64,000 nt of DNA from Myxococcota bacterium (GTDB lineage: Bacteria; Myxococcota_A; SURF-8): positions 736,001 through 800,000 of the forward strand of contig CAXXQS010000001.1 of NCBI GenBank assembly GCA_963674735.2. Direction: 5' to 3'. Of the stretch, positions 9,802 through 20,268 are shown one piece after another. Under the pieces are notes generated by a model that worked only from the letters and a program-made list of their open reading frames with translations, was not told where the DNA came from and did not search any database. Every line of letters begins with the position of its first letter. Positions within the stretch are counted from its first letter, which is position 1. The position numbers were made by a program, and so were the translations under genes.

Positions 9802-11123
9802 GGCTTGTTCTCCCCCGAGCGCCGTGCATTGCGTAAGATCGTGCCGGATACCGTCCGCCAGATTTTGTCGAGATGCCGTTCGAGCCGCTCGCCGTCATAG
9901 CAGATGGCGATACCGGCCTGTTGCTGGGCTTGGGGGGCGTGAACGGGATCGACCAGCCGCACCGGGAGGCGTTGGCCGTCTTCTCGGGTGAAAATCAGCC
10001 TGGCGGCGCGTTCTTCGATGCGTACATCCGTCAGTCGCCAGCCTCCGATGGCGTTTGTCTCGGAGAAAGGGTGAACCAGGGCGCGAGCGGCGGCTTCCGT
10101 TAGAAAAGGTTTGAGCGGCGCTGATTGACGGTCTGCGTGTGTTTGAGAGACGATTGCTTGCCAGGATGTGTCATCGATCGGCGCGAATTCATCCCAACCG
10201 AAGAGATCCCAATAGGCGATTTCGACGCCTTCACAAAAGCTTTTCGCAACGCAGGCACGACAGGGTAACCCATATTGCTTGTTACCGGCTTGTCCTCCGA
10301 TTACGCGGTCATCGCGGCTGACGAAAGCCACGCGGTTCAAACGGCCTTGAAATCGAGCGGGCAGTTTAAGATTCAAGCAAGGAGGCAGGCCGGACAGGGT
10401 TAACGGCAGCGGCAAGTCCTGCTTGTCCCATATTTGGGCTTGTCGGATGATGTCCTGGTAGGCGGGAGTCAACGTTTCCGCTTGTTCGCCGGCGCGTCCC
10501 ATCAACTGCAGCGCGAGTCCGACGACGCCATCCGGCCTATACGGCGCAAGCACAGCGAGAAGTTCGGGAATGTGGGGCAGGTTGTCACGGACCAACGTCG
10601 TTTGTATCGTGAGGCGCAAAGCGGCCCCGGCTCGGCGCAATTCGGAGGCATATGAAATGGCGGCGAGCGTATCGTCGAAACTGCCCGGCGTGGCCGTAAG
10701 CGCATCGTGAAGATCGGCGGAATGACCGTGAAGACTGATTTCGAGGGTGTTGAGACCGGCAGAAACCAAGCGCGACAAAAGGTCGGACTTGGTCGATGGC
10801 TGCGAACGACCCAGGCCGCGCCCGCTCGTGATCAAACCGATGTCGCGTGCGCCGTGAGCTTTAGCGGTGGCGATCATCTGCGGCAGCTCGGGGTTGGTCA
10901 ACGGTTCTTGCCCGCCGAACTGAATGCGCTCGATGCCTTCCACCTTCGCCAGATGTTCTTTGAGATCGGCGACGGTCCGAACGCTTTCCTGCGGTAAACG
11001 GGTGGCAAAACCGGCCTCCGAACAGAACACGCAGCGGTTGGGGCAGCCCAATCCGACCGCAAACTCCAGGCTGTCGAATGCGGGGGATTCCGTCGATGTC
11101 GGTTGGGAGGGCGCGGAGGTCAT
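9798..11123 (-). CDS. Radical SAM protein, paralog of the adjacent gene
   Basis: CPNRCVFC, FGGQEP, TSGR, SLHG and CRACVAKSFC motifs; ATGA overlap with the downstream paralog. Confidence 0.85.
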   Translation of the reverse strand: MTSAPSQPTSTESPAFDSLEFAVGLGCPNRCVFCSEAGFATRLPQESVRTVADLKEHLAKVEGIERIQFGGQEPLTNPELPQMIATAKAHGARDIGLITSGRGLGRSQPSTKSDLLSRLVSAGLNTLEISLHGHSADLHDALTATPGSFDDTLAAISYASELRRAGAALRLTIQTTLVRDNLPHIPELLAVLAPYRPDGVVGLALQLMGRAGEQAETLTPAYQDIIRQAQIWDKQDLPLPLTLSGLPPCLNLKLPARFQGRLNRVAFVSRDDRVIGGQAGNKQYGLPCRACVAKSFCEGVEIAYWDLFGWDEFAPIDDTSWQAIVSQTHADRQSAPLKPFLTEAAARALVHPFSETNAIGGWRLTDVRIEERAARLIFTREDGQRLPVRLVDPVHAPQAQQQAGIAICYDGERLERHLDKIWRTVSGTILRNARRSGENKP

Positions 11124-11171
11124 CCTGATCGTTTCCTCAATGCAAGTGCAAAAGCGTCGTCTGTCTTCAGA

Positions 11172-13226
11172 TTACGGCGACGAAGGCGTTTCGTCAATGC
11201 CGGGCCTCAGGCGTGTACGATCGATCTCCGAATTTTGGCGTAGGAGCATATCGTGGTGCAGGGCGCGGATCGGCCGGTCGCCGGGGTGGCGGGTCAACCA
11301 GGCTTGCAAGCGCTCGATCGCCTCGGCGCGGAGTCCGGCCTTTTCTTGCAACAGTGCCAGGCGCTGCAGGAGAAGAGAATTCTCGGGGTCGGCGGCCACG
11401 GCGCGTGTTTGATGTTTGAGCGCTTGGGCAAGATCTCCGGCTGCATCGAAATAGAAGGCCAGGTAAACATCGTTTTCGGGATGAGATGGAAAGCGGGCCA
11501 ACCAGCGCACACGAGCCGATTCGGCGGCCTGATTGCGTCCGAGGTTTTGCAGGGCCAGACTTCGTCCCGCGTAGGCGAGGTAGGTCTCGGGGTAGCGCTG
11601 AATCGCCAGCTCGAACCATTTCAGCGCGAGTGCCGGGGCCGGTTTAAGTTGTTGCATGGCAGCGCGGATTACTCGGTCGGACTGCTCTTGATGGAGCTCA
11701 TCCAAATCGAGCGGACTGGCCAACTCTTCGACTTTGTCCCAGTCGGTGACTGCTTCGGTCAACTCGTGACGGGCGAGGTTGACATAGCCGCGCCACTGGT
11801 ACGGGGTGTCCCAGAAGGGTGCGATTTCGATCGTGCGATCCAGAATCGCCCGTGCTTCCTCGAATTTCTCTTCCGCATACAAGAACTTGCCGTAGCCGAG
11901 TTGGGCATTGGCACAATTGGGAGCATTGGCCGCCAAGCTGGCGAAAAGCGAGGGGTTATCACGCCAGCGGGGGCCGATCGTGATTTGGTAAGCCAGAAAG
12001 ATCAGCAGTAACAAAGAGCCTAATACGAACAAACGCGGGGTGCGAGATCGCCATCGTGTTTCAGCCGTGGAGATCATGGAGGCGGCCGCCAACGAGAGTC
12101 CGATGCTTGGGAGAAATAAACAACGGTCGGCAAACAGGACCGTGACGGTGGCCAGGGCTTGGACCACTGGTGACAAAGCCAGGACGCCCCAGGTGACTCC
12201 GATGGCAGGTAGTCGGCGTCGTGCAAGGCCCCAAATCGTCAGTCCGGCCAAGGTCAACAACACAAGCCATGCGCCCAACATCCGTGGCCACTGTTCCGGA
12301 CCGAACACCGCGAGCTGGTTGTAGGTCCATTCCATCGGTTGCGGGAAGGGCCACACAAAACGCAGCAGATAGTTGAGAAGCAACCACCCGCCGTTTAGAT
12401 GTCGCCACAACTCTGGCAGGGCAACGGTCGGGTTGGCGACCAAGGGCACGTCGCGCGAGATCTGCCCCAGAACCGAAATTCGCAGTGACATATAGGCAGC
12501 GAAAACAAGTACCGAAACCGCTAAGACGGGCCATGTTCGGCGGAGGGTGGAGCGCCAATCCTGTTTTGTTTGCGGATCGGCATACACCAGCAGCAACAGA
12601 ATTCCCGGGGCGACGACCCCGCTTTCTTTGGACAGCAAAACCAAGGCGTAGAGGATGCCGCCCAAAACGATGCGCAGAAAGCCGATGCGAATCGAGCCGC
12701 GTTGCCAGGTCACCAGCAGGTAAAGCAGCACGAAAATCGACGACATCAACTCGGCTCGCTGAACGATATTATGAGTGATTTCAGCGTTTACGGGATGTAG
12801 AGCAAAGAGTCCGGCTGCGAGAAAGGCTGCGCTGTCCGGTAGGAAACGTCGTGCCAGAAAAAATACCAGCAGGGAGACCAAAACCACCAGCAGCAGATTG
12901 ACAACCAGGAATGAAAAAGGCTGGTTGGGGGCCATTTGCCATTGGATGGCGAAGGTCAGGGCGGGCAGCGGGCGATACGTGCCGGTGGTCACGCCTTCGG
13001 AGCGTCCCCAGAAATCCGCCTTCCAAACCTCGCTGTAAAGGCCTTGGCTGACCGTGCGGCTGATGCGGATGGCCACGTCGTCGTCGTACACGAAACCGTT
13101 TTGCAGGTTGGTCGCGTAGGCGGCCAAGATCAGCAAAATCAAGGCCCAGATCCACAGGCGCAAAGGCATGTGTTTTCCGTCTGGAAGAGATTCGGGCTTG
13201 GATTGTTCACCGGCTGTCGTTTTCAT
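11172..13226 (-). CDS. TMTC-like membrane glycosyltransferase (O-mannosyltransferase-like) with TPR repeats
   Basis: FVYDD, DFWG, YRPL, LFALHP, QRAEL and LSKESG motifs, many TMs, C-terminal TPRs. Confidence 0.85.
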   Translation of the reverse strand: MKTTAGEQSKPESLPDGKHMPLRLWIWALILLILAAYATNLQNGFVYDDDVAIRISRTVSQGLYSEVWKADFWGRSEGVTTGTYRPLPALTFAIQWQMAPNQPFSFLVVNLLLVVLVSLLVFFLARRFLPDSAAFLAAGLFALHPVNAEITHNIVQRAELMSSIFVLLYLLVTWQRGSIRIGFLRIVLGGILYALVLLSKESGVVAPGILLLLVYADPQTKQDWRSTLRRTWPVLAVSVLVFAAYMSLRISVLGQISRDVPLVANPTVALPELWRHLNGGWLLLNYLLRFVWPFPQPMEWTYNQLAVFGPEQWPRMLGAWLVLLTLAGLTIWGLARRRLPAIGVTWGVLALSPVVQALATVTVLFADRCLFLPSIGLSLAAASMISTAETRWRSRTPRLFVLGSLLLLIFLAYQITIGPRWRDNPSLFASLAANAPNCANAQLGYGKFLYAEEKFEEARAILDRTIEIAPFWDTPYQWRGYVNLARHELTEAVTDWDKVEELASPLDLDELHQEQSDRVIRAAMQQLKPAPALALKWFELAIQRYPETYLAYAGRSLALQNLGRNQAAESARVRWLARFPSHPENDVYLAFYFDAAGDLAQALKHQTRAVAADPENSLLLQRLALLQEKAGLRAEAIERLQAWLTRHPGDRPIRALHHDMLLRQNSEIDRTRLRPGIDETPSSP

Positions 13227-13432
13227 TGGAATGATCTATAGCATATCCGCCTCATTAGGTGCAAAGGAAAGCGGCTGCGAGCTTTATTTGCACGGGTTGC
13301 AAAGATCGTCCGAAATCCGATTGGACGTTTGAAATTGATTGCCGTGCAGGCAGCGACATGCTAATAATAAAGAATAATAACCAGACCGATGAAGATTGTC
13401 GAAACCGTGCGCCGATTAGACGGAGGACCGCC

Positions 13433-14437
13433 ATGAACCATAAACTCATGACCATTGACCGCTATATCATGGAGACGCAGCGCAAGTATCCCGAAGCTCG
13501 CGGGCACCTCTCCAAACTGTTGATGGATATCGCTTTTGCCGCCAAAGTGATTGCCCGGGACGTTCGCCGGGCCGGGCTGGCAGGTGTGTTGGGGTATACG
13601 GGCGATACCAACGTCCAAGGGGAGCAGGTTCAGAAGCTCGATGAGATCGCCAACGAGGTCATGATTCAGGTCATGAACGGCAGCGGGCTGATTGCCGCGA
13701 TGGCGTCGGAAGAACTCGATTCTTCCGTGCCGGTCACCAACGAAACGCTGGGTGAATATATGATCAACTTCGATCCGCTCGACGGATCGTCGAATATCGA
13801 TGCCAACGTTTCCATCGGCACGATTTTCTCCATCTTGCGGCACCCGCGTCCGGGGGACGTGGGGCGCGATGAGGATCTGGCGCAACCCGGTTATCGACAG
13901 GTGGCGGCCGGTTACATCCTGTACGGATCATCCACCATGATGGTCTACACCGCCGGAGATGGTGTACACGGGTTTACCCTCGACCCGGCCGTGGGCGAGT
14001 TTCTGCTGTCGCATCCTTCGATGAAACTTCCCGACAAAGGCTACATCTACAGCGTTAACGAGGCCTATTCCGCTTCATGGTCCGAAGGCACGAAAGCTTA
14101 TATCGCACATTGCAAAACCAGCTTGGACCGTGGCGAGCCACGCTATAGTCTGCGCTATATCGGCTCTCTGGTGGCCGATGTCCACCGGACGTTCATGTAT
14201 GGCGGCATCTTTCTTTATCCACCCGACAAGAAGAATCCCAAAGGCAAACTGCGTATCACTTACGAAGCCAACCCCCTGGCCTTCATTGTGGAAGAGGCGG
14301 GAGGGGCTGCTTATGATGGCGGACGGCGCATCCTCGAAATCGAACCAGAAGGGCTGCACGACCGCACCCCGCTCTATATCGGTTCGAAAAAGAACGTGGA
14401 AGAGTTGTTGGAGTGCCTGCGCAAGTATGATAAGTAA
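13433..14437 (+). CDS. fbp: Fructose-1,6-bisphosphatase class 1
   Basis: NVQGEQVQKLD, DPLDGSSN, RYIGSLVAD and GKLRITYEANP motifs; GGAGG RBS before ATG 13433. Confidence 0.97.
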   Translation: MNHKLMTIDRYIMETQRKYPEARGHLSKLLMDIAFAAKVIARDVRRAGLAGVLGYTGDTNVQGEQVQKLDEIANEVMIQVMNGSGLIAAMASEELDSSVPVTNETLGEYMINFDPLDGSSNIDANVSIGTIFSILRHPRPGDVGRDEDLAQPGYRQVAAGYILYGSSTMMVYTAGDGVHGFTLDPAVGEFLLSHPSMKLPDKGYIYSVNEAYSASWSEGTKAYIAHCKTSLDRGEPRYSLRYIGSLVADVHRTFMYGGIFLYPPDKKNPKGKLRITYEANPLAFIVEEAGGAAYDGGRRILEIEPEGLHDRTPLYIGSKKNVEELLECLRKYDK

Positions 14438-14481
14438 TCGTCCGATTTGCTTGAACGCGTTTCCGGACAGGAGGTGCAGGA

Positions 14482-14874
14482 ATGGGTGAACGGGTGATGA
14501 TTCGATTGCGTATGAGTACGCACGATTCGCATTATGGCGGCAATCTGGTCGACGGCGCGCGCATGTTGCAGCTTTTCGGCGATGTGGCGACCGAATTACT
14601 GATCCGCCGCGACGGCGATGAAGGCTTGTTTCGCGCCTACGACAGCGTTGAATTTTTAGCGCCGGTGTATGCGGGAGATTTTATCGAGGCGGTGGGCGAA
14701 ATCACCTCGGAAGGAAAATCCAGCCGAAAAATGGCCTTCGCCGCCTATAAGGTGATTCAACCCGCCGGAATTGCAGGTAACGAGTCGGCCTGTGATGTCT
14801 TGGACCCACCCCTTCTGGTCTGTCGCGCATCCGGAACCTGTGTGACGCCCAAGGACAAGCAGCGAAGGCTCTGA
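14482..14874 (+). CDS. kal: 3-aminobutyryl-CoA ammonia-lyase (hotdog fold)
   Basis: [30 protein letters not shown]...[10 protein letters not shown] signature. Confidence 0.85.
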   Translation: MGERVMIRLRMSTHDSHYGGNLVDGARMLQLFGDVATELLIRRDGDEGLFRAYDSVEFLAPVYAGDFIEAVGEITSEGKSSRKMAFAAYKVIQPAGIAGNESACDVLDPPLLVCRASGTCVTPKDKQRRL

Positions 14875-14896
14875 TACACGATTCGACAAATGACTG

Positions 14897-14930
14897 CGAC
14901 CCATCCTGCCTGCGGGGTGGGTCGTTCTTT
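14897..14930 (+). terminator. Probable intrinsic terminator
   Basis: CGACCCATCCTG-CCTG-CGGGGTGGGTCG stem followed by TTCTTT. Confidence 0.55.
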
Positions 14931-14990
14931 ATGGGGGTCGAGTTGGGGAAAGAGAAATTGCGCCGTCATCTTCGAGGGAGAGCGATGAGG

Positions 14991-15590
14991 CTACGCTTTG
15001 CTTGGACCGTTCTTCTTTAAATCGATCAAGACTTGCTTGGCGAGACTTTTCAGTGTTTCGAAAACGCCCGTGCCGATAGTCGCCACCGCTTCGAATTCCG
15101 GGACTCTCGATGGATTCAGCATCCGTGAAAGTTCTTTGGAGTCCACCGCCGAGGGCAAGTCGCGTTTGTTGTACTGCATCACCCACGGGACATCCTTGAT
15201 GGACATGCCGTATTCTTCCAGGTTGATGCGAAGATTGTCCACGCTTTCCAGATTGGCATCCATGCGTTCGATCTGCGAATCGGCCACAAAAGCGATTCCA
15301 TCCACACCTTTTAGGATCAGTTTTCGCGAGGCATCGTAGAAAACCTGGCCGGGAACCGTGTAAAGGTGAAAGCGCGTTTTAAAACCGCGGATTTCGCCCA
15401 GTTGCAACGGCAGGAAATCGAAAAACAGCGTGCGCTCGGTTTCGGTGGCCAATGAGATCATGCGGCCCTTGGTGCTTGGGTCGGCTTTCTGGTAGATAAA
15501 CTGGAGATTGGTGGTTTTTCCTCCAAGCCCCGGCCCGTAATATACCAGCTTTACATTGATCTCACGGGAGGAGTAATTGATAAACGCCAT
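14991..15590 (-). CDS. mglA: Gliding/polarity small GTPase MglA
   Basis: [33 protein letters not shown] and NKRD motifs. Confidence 0.97.
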   Translation of the reverse strand: MAFINYSSREINVKLVYYGPGLGGKTTNLQFIYQKADPSTKGRMISLATETERTLFFDFLPLQLGEIRGFKTRFHLYTVPGQVFYDASRKLILKGVDGIAFVADSQIERMDANLESVDNLRINLEEYGMSIKDVPWVMQYNKRDLPSAVDSKELSRMLNPSRVPEFEAVATIGTGVFETLKSLAKQVLIDLKKNGPSKA

Positions 15591-15605
15591 CCACCGCCTC
15601 TGGGA

Positions 15606-16088
15606 TTAATCATTGAAAAGATTGTCGATATCTTCGTCGGTGATCTCGGCAAATAGCGAACTTACCGATTGATCCGATTTGCGCTTGTCCATTTCGGCAA
15701 ACACGTTTTCCAGTTCCACTCCGGCCTTTTTAACTCGTAGACGGACGAGACCCAGGGATGACCGATTGTCGAAAACGACGACCAGGATATAGCGTCCCCC
15801 GATGATGGAGAGATGCAGGTTATCTTTTTCCCCTTCATGAAACAGGATCGAGAATTCTTTCTCCCCGATCAGTTTCGCCAAGCCGCCGGTGGCGGCGATA
15901 TTGCCTGCCGCCAAGGTGGCCAGGGACGTGGTATCCATCACGCCAGCATCACCGGAAGAGGCGATCAACTGACCGTTTTTGTCTACGAGAAAGACCAGCT
16001 TGGCGTGTGCTTCGCCCGCCAGGCGGTCGCACACCTTGAGAACCTGGTTGTATTCTTCCTCGTGGATGATTGTCTGGGCGTTGAGCAT
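15606..16088 (-). CDS. mglB: MglB roadblock/LC7 GTPase-activating protein
   Basis: VDKNGQLIA, LAAGNIAATGGLAKLIGE, LGLVRL and EITDEDIDNLF motifs; lies directly upstream of mglA. Confidence 0.96.
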   Translation of the reverse strand: MLNAQTIIHEEEYNQVLKVCDRLAGEAHAKLVFLVDKNGQLIASSGDAGVMDTTSLATLAAGNIAATGGLAKLIGEKEFSILFHEGEKDNLHLSIIGGRYILVVVFDNRSSLGLVRLRVKKAGVELENVFAEMDKRKSDQSVSSLFAEITDEDIDNLFND

Positions 16089-16215
16089 CTTTCAGTCGTT
16101 TTCCATGTCGTCCTACGAATCCAGAGGGGCTGGCCAAATCCCAAACCCTCGTAATGACGAAGTTTACCAAAAGGACCGGTAAATCGCAAGAGATTCGGTC
16201 ACTTTCGCGGTGTAC

Positions 16216-16683
16216 TCACCGGGGAGCCGCCGGTAACAGCGGCAGTTTGACGGAAAGCTTTTCGCGATGCATGAAGCAGCTCGCCACTTTGCCGTCCTTG
16301 ACTTCGCAGGTGCCGAAACGGATCGACATGGGAATGACCGGCGCCGTTTTCTGGGCTTTGAGAATATAGGCTGGACTCATGACCAGCTTATCGCTTTCCA
16401 ACTCCGTGGCATCTTCTCCGGATAGCTTGGTTTTGCTGAACAGCACTCCGGGGGGTGGGTCGATGACGAGCATCAGTGGGAATTCCTTGTTGATTTTCGT
16501 CCCCTTGGTTGGTGTGATGCGGATGACCACCTGTCCCTTGCCGTCGCTGATGGGCGGAGTTTCGAGCTTGAGGGAGTAGGTTTTGGCTTCATCGGCCAGT
16601 GCGAGTGGCGATTGAAGAATCAGGATGAACAGACAAAAAATCATCAGCAGTCCGCTGCTACGACGGATCGTCCAACGCGACAT
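16216..16683 (-). CDS. Secreted protein, DsbD-N-like beta domain with a Cys pair
   Basis: Signal peptide (ALA-D); KINKEFP; FGTC...SC pair. Confidence 0.55.
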   Translation of the reverse strand: MSRWTIRRSSGLLMIFCLFILILQSPLALADEAKTYSLKLETPPISDGKGQVVIRITPTKGTKINKEFPLMLVIDPPPGVLFSKTKLSGEDATELESDKLVMSPAYILKAQKTAPVIPMSIRFGTCEVKDGKVASCFMHREKLSVKLPLLPAAPR

Positions 16684-16701
16684 GTAAAACTCCTTCGACT
16701 G

Positions 16702-17139
16702 TTACTGTATGGGAATGTGACGGGGTTTGCGCTTGGGAAGCATGATCTCCAACAGACCATCTTTGAATGAGGTGGAGATTTTGCTGTCTTCGATTTGGTC
16801 GGGCAAACGGAAGCTGCGGACAAAACCTCCGTAATAACGCTCGGATAGATGATACGTGGTCGCTTTGTCCACCACTTCCGGACGGCGTTCGCCGCGTATG
16901 ATCAACTCCGAGCCTTCCAACTGTACTTTGATGTCGTCTTTGCAGAGGCCGGGAAGTTCGCCGCTGACGATAATGGCTGTGTCGGTTTCCAAAACATCGA
17001 AAGGCGGAGTCCACTGGGTATTTCTGGCGCTGACTTCCGGGCACATTTCAAACTGTTGCAGGCTTTGCTTAACCAGGTCGTTCATGCGTTGTCGAATTTC
17101 AAGCAGCGCTTTTTGTGAATTCCATGGGCTTCGTGTCAT
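16702..17139 (-). CDS. Hsp20/alpha-crystallin small heat-shock protein
   Basis: WTPPFDV, ELPG, ERYYGGFVRSFRLP and FKDGLLEI motifs; GGAGG RBS before ATG 17139. Confidence 0.92.
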   Translation of the reverse strand: MTRSPWNSQKALLEIRQRMNDLVKQSLQQFEMCPEVSARNTQWTPPFDVLETDTAIIVSGELPGLCKDDIKVQLEGSELIIRGERRPEVVDKATTYHLSERYYGGFVRSFRLPDQIEDSKISTSFKDGLLEIMLPKRKPRHIPIQ

Positions 17140-17245
17140 CAACCGCCTCCCTTGGTCGCTGGACTCTCGCCAGTTTAAAGCATCATGAAGCTGGGTTGCG
17201 CTTATGCTAATGGGAGAGCGCGCCAGCGTCAAGCCGTTTTCAGAT

Positions 17246-17743
17246 TCAGTCTTCCTGCTTGAGGGCTTTTTCAGCCCAATATTTGGCCACTCGTAAGCGG
17301 CGTCGATAGGCGGCGGCAATCGTCGCTCGCAGGCTGTCGTCCTTTACGGACTTGACGACCGTCGCTACCTTTTCTTCGTCGAGAGCATCCAATTCGGGCA
17401 ACTCGATCGTTTTTTCTCGCTCGCTGTTCAATTTGCGGGAAACCAAGGTTTTCAATCGAATCGAGGTTACCTTGCCTTCGCCCAGGACTTCTTTCAGCCG
17501 TTGAAGAATCGTGGGTATCTGAAACTGCAATTCGCTGAGCCAGGACGAAGAGGCGATACCCAGCGTCAATTCACCCTTGCGAAGTCGAAGCGGTTTGGCG
17601 TGCTGCGCGACTCCTGTTCCTACCGCTTCGCGCCACGTGCGCGACAGCAGGCCGATGTTCAAGCGGCCATTGAAACGCCAGCTGTTGGCCATGCGACCGA
17701 CGACATCCCGCGCTCGGTCGATGTTGTGGTATTTGGGCCGCAC
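17246..17743 (-). CDS. DciA/DUF721 family protein
   Basis: WREAVG...AQHAKP...SSSWLSELQF...IL pattern. Confidence 0.8.
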   Translation of the reverse strand: MRPKYHNIDRARDVVGRMANSWRFNGRLNIGLLSRTWREAVGTGVAQHAKPLRLRKGELTLGIASSSWLSELQFQIPTILQRLKEVLGEGKVTSIRLKTLVSRKLNSEREKTIELPELDALDEEKVATVVKSVKDDSLRATIAAAYRRRLRVAKYWAEKALKQED

Positions 17744-18043
17744 GATAAACCATCTCCATCGTTGTTTCCAGCTTCACTAAGGTTAGACCATTATAGCACA
17801 CTTCGGCATTCCCATAACCCTATTTAGCGCCGCATTTCTTGGTTAAAAATACGAATGAAAACCGGCAGAGGAGCCCCGAAGTCGGATTTGTCGCGCAAAG
17901 CACACCTGAATTTTACACTTTCCTCGTGAATTAATCGCCTTTCATCGTTAAAAGGAGTTGAAATTTTATGTTATTTTTGCTATATTTAATGTAATTATTA
18001 TTGAATCTGATCCCAGACTCCAGGTGCCTCAAGTGGAGGATTC

Positions 18044-19291
18044 ATGAAATTACGTTCCTATGGCCTTAGCGATGTCGGTCGTAAGCGCACGCACAACGAA
18101 GACAGCCTGCTGGACAACCAGAAGCTGGGTCTTTTTGCTGTGGCGGACGGTATGGGCGGCCATAACGCCGGTGAGGTCGCGTCTCGTTTGGCCGTGGACA
18201 CCTTGGCGACCCAGATAAGTGAACATACCAAATTGCTCGAAACGTTTGCCCATGGCCCCACACCGCGCATCAAACGCCAGATCCTCGACATGCTGGACCA
18301 TTGCGTGCAGAAAGCCTGTCAACACATCTATGAAACAGCCCAGAGCGATGCCGGAAAACAGGGGATGGGCACCACGTTGTCGGTTTTGCTGGTGGTCGGC
18401 CGGTCCGCGTTCGTGGCCCATGTGGGCGATAGCCGCGTGTATCTGATTCGCAAAAACGAAGTGCATCCACTCACCGAGGATCACACGCTGGTTCAGGAAC
18501 AGGTGCGCAAAGGTTTGTTGACGCCCGAGGAAGCGGTTGATTTTCCATATAAAAACGTCATTACGCGCGGTGTCGGACTTTTGCAGCGGGTGCAGGTGGA
18601 TACCTTGCACATGGAAACCAGTCCCGGTGACCGTTTTCTGCTTTGCAGCGACGGTCTCTACGAATACCTGTCCAATGAGGAGATCCAATCCATGTTCGAT
18701 CAGCAAAGCCTGGAGGACATAACCCGTCGGCTAATCGAGTTGGCCAATGGTCGCGGAGGCAAGGATAACCTGACGGCCTTGGCGGTCGAGCTGCCCGATC
18801 TACCTTTCGAAGGCGACGAGATCGAAGTGAATCGCAAGCTTGATGCCTTGCGGCAGATCCACCTCTTCGAGCAGCTCAGTTACTCTGAATTGGTCAAGGT
18901 GTTGAATATCGCTCGTATCGAGAAGAAACAAAAAGGCTCGATCATCATTCGCGAAGGAGATATGGGCGACTGCATGTACATTATCGTGCACGGCAGTGTG
19001 GATATCCTGAAAGATAGTGTGTACCTGACCACGCTCAAGCGGGGACGCCATTTCGGCGAGATGTCGTTGGTGGACAACGATGTCCGTTCGGCAACCGTGC
19101 GCGCCTCCAGCGATTGCGATCTGTTGACGATCGAACGGAGCGATTTCTATACCATGTTGCGTGAGGAACCCCATCTGTCGGTCAAAATTCTGGTGAGTTT
19201 CGTGAATATTCTTTCCATGCGCCTGCGCGATACCACGCGCGCCTTTTCCGAGTCCCGGCGACGGATTGCGGAAATCAATGCCGCAAACTGA
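18044..19291 (+). CDS. PP2C-type Ser/Thr phosphatase fused to a cyclic-nucleotide-binding domain
   Basis: DVGRKRTHNED, VADGMGG, HVGDSR, LCSDGL and GGKDN motifs; C-terminal FGEMSL...RSATV. Confidence 0.92.
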   Translation: MKLRSYGLSDVGRKRTHNEDSLLDNQKLGLFAVADGMGGHNAGEVASRLAVDTLATQISEHTKLLETFAHGPTPRIKRQILDMLDHCVQKACQHIYETAQSDAGKQGMGTTLSVLLVVGRSAFVAHVGDSRVYLIRKNEVHPLTEDHTLVQEQVRKGLLTPEEAVDFPYKNVITRGVGLLQRVQVDTLHMETSPGDRFLLCSDGLYEYLSNEEIQSMFDQQSLEDITRRLIELANGRGGKDNLTALAVELPDLPFEGDEIEVNRKLDALRQIHLFEQLSYSELVKVLNIARIEKKQKGSIIIREGDMGDCMYIIVHGSVDILKDSVYLTTLKRGRHFGEMSLVDNDVRSATVRASSDCDLLTIERSDFYTMLREEPHLSVKILVSFVNILSMRLRDTTRAFSESRRRIAEINAAN

Positions 19292-19296
19292 ATTCG

Positions 19297-20172
19297 ATGT
19301 TGCTTTACCCAATCAGGTCTTTCCTTCCGTTTGCTCTCGTTCTGACACTGCTGGTTTGCGCTTGCGCCTCCAGCCCGCCTGTGCCTCCGTCCGATTCGCC
19401 TGATTACGAATTTGACGTGCTGGATGAAAAAGTCGCTTTGCAAGTCGAGCGGTTCCCCAAACCCGAAATGTCGTCCGTCGAAGCGGCGCATTGGCTTTCG
19501 CTGATTGTCAGTTCCGAGCAACGCCTCGATGCCCAGATTCGACATCGCTCGGTGAATGAAAACGACCTGTTTGCCCAAAAGGAGCGCTTGAACGAACTGG
19601 TGCGTCTGGCCTTGTCCAGCTATCGGTCGTTCCCGCCGGATCTCGACTACGACTTGCGCCGTTTGCTCAATCGGATCGACCGCGGGATCGTGGCCCTGCG
19701 TGAACCGGAATATGCGGCCGTCATTGAAGTTCCGGTGGATACACGTCTGCCGCAGGAACGTGTGCGACCTTTCCAATTTATCTGGCCGGTCATTCATATC
19801 CGCGTCAGTTCTCCTTTCGGGCCGCGACGCGACCCGATTACGGGGCGAAAAGGCTTTCACGACGGGATCGATTTAGCGGGACCGGAGGGTGTTCTGGTGT
19901 ATGCCGCCGAGCAGGGGAGGGTGTTGTACACCGGCTTTAAGGGACGCGCCGGAAATCTGGTGGTGATCGTTCACAAAAATGGATATAAAAGTTATTACGC
20001 ACATTTGAGCCGAATTCTCACGACGGAAGGCCTGCTGGTCGAGCGCGGGCAGCCGATCGGCGCGATGGGCAGTACCGGCCGTTCGACAGGATCTCACCTG
20101 CATTTTAAAATCGCGCAGGGGCGACAGGCCTTGGATCCGGCGGATATCGTCGGTGTTGCGTTGGAACCTTAG
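19297..20172 (+). CDS. M23 family metallopeptidase lipoprotein
   Basis: Lipobox-like CAC; HDGID, YAHL and STGSHLHF motifs. Confidence 0.9.
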   Translation: MLLYPIRSFLPFALVLTLLVCACASSPPVPPSDSPDYEFDVLDEKVALQVERFPKPEMSSVEAAHWLSLIVSSEQRLDAQIRHRSVNENDLFAQKERLNELVRLALSSYRSFPPDLDYDLRRLLNRIDRGIVALREPEYAAVIEVPVDTRLPQERVRPFQFIWPVIHIRVSSPFGPRRDPITGRKGFHDGIDLAGPEGVLVYAAEQGRVLYTGFKGRAGNLVVIVHKNGYKSYYAHLSRILTTEGLLVERGQPIGAMGSTGRSTGSHLHFKIAQGRQALDPADIVGVALEP

Positions 20173-20268
20173 TTTCGTCTTGGTTGAAAAGCGTTGACAG
20201 AAAGCCCTTCGACATTTAAGGTGTTTCCACTCTTTACGACGATTTGCAACACCGCCACCGGGAAATCG

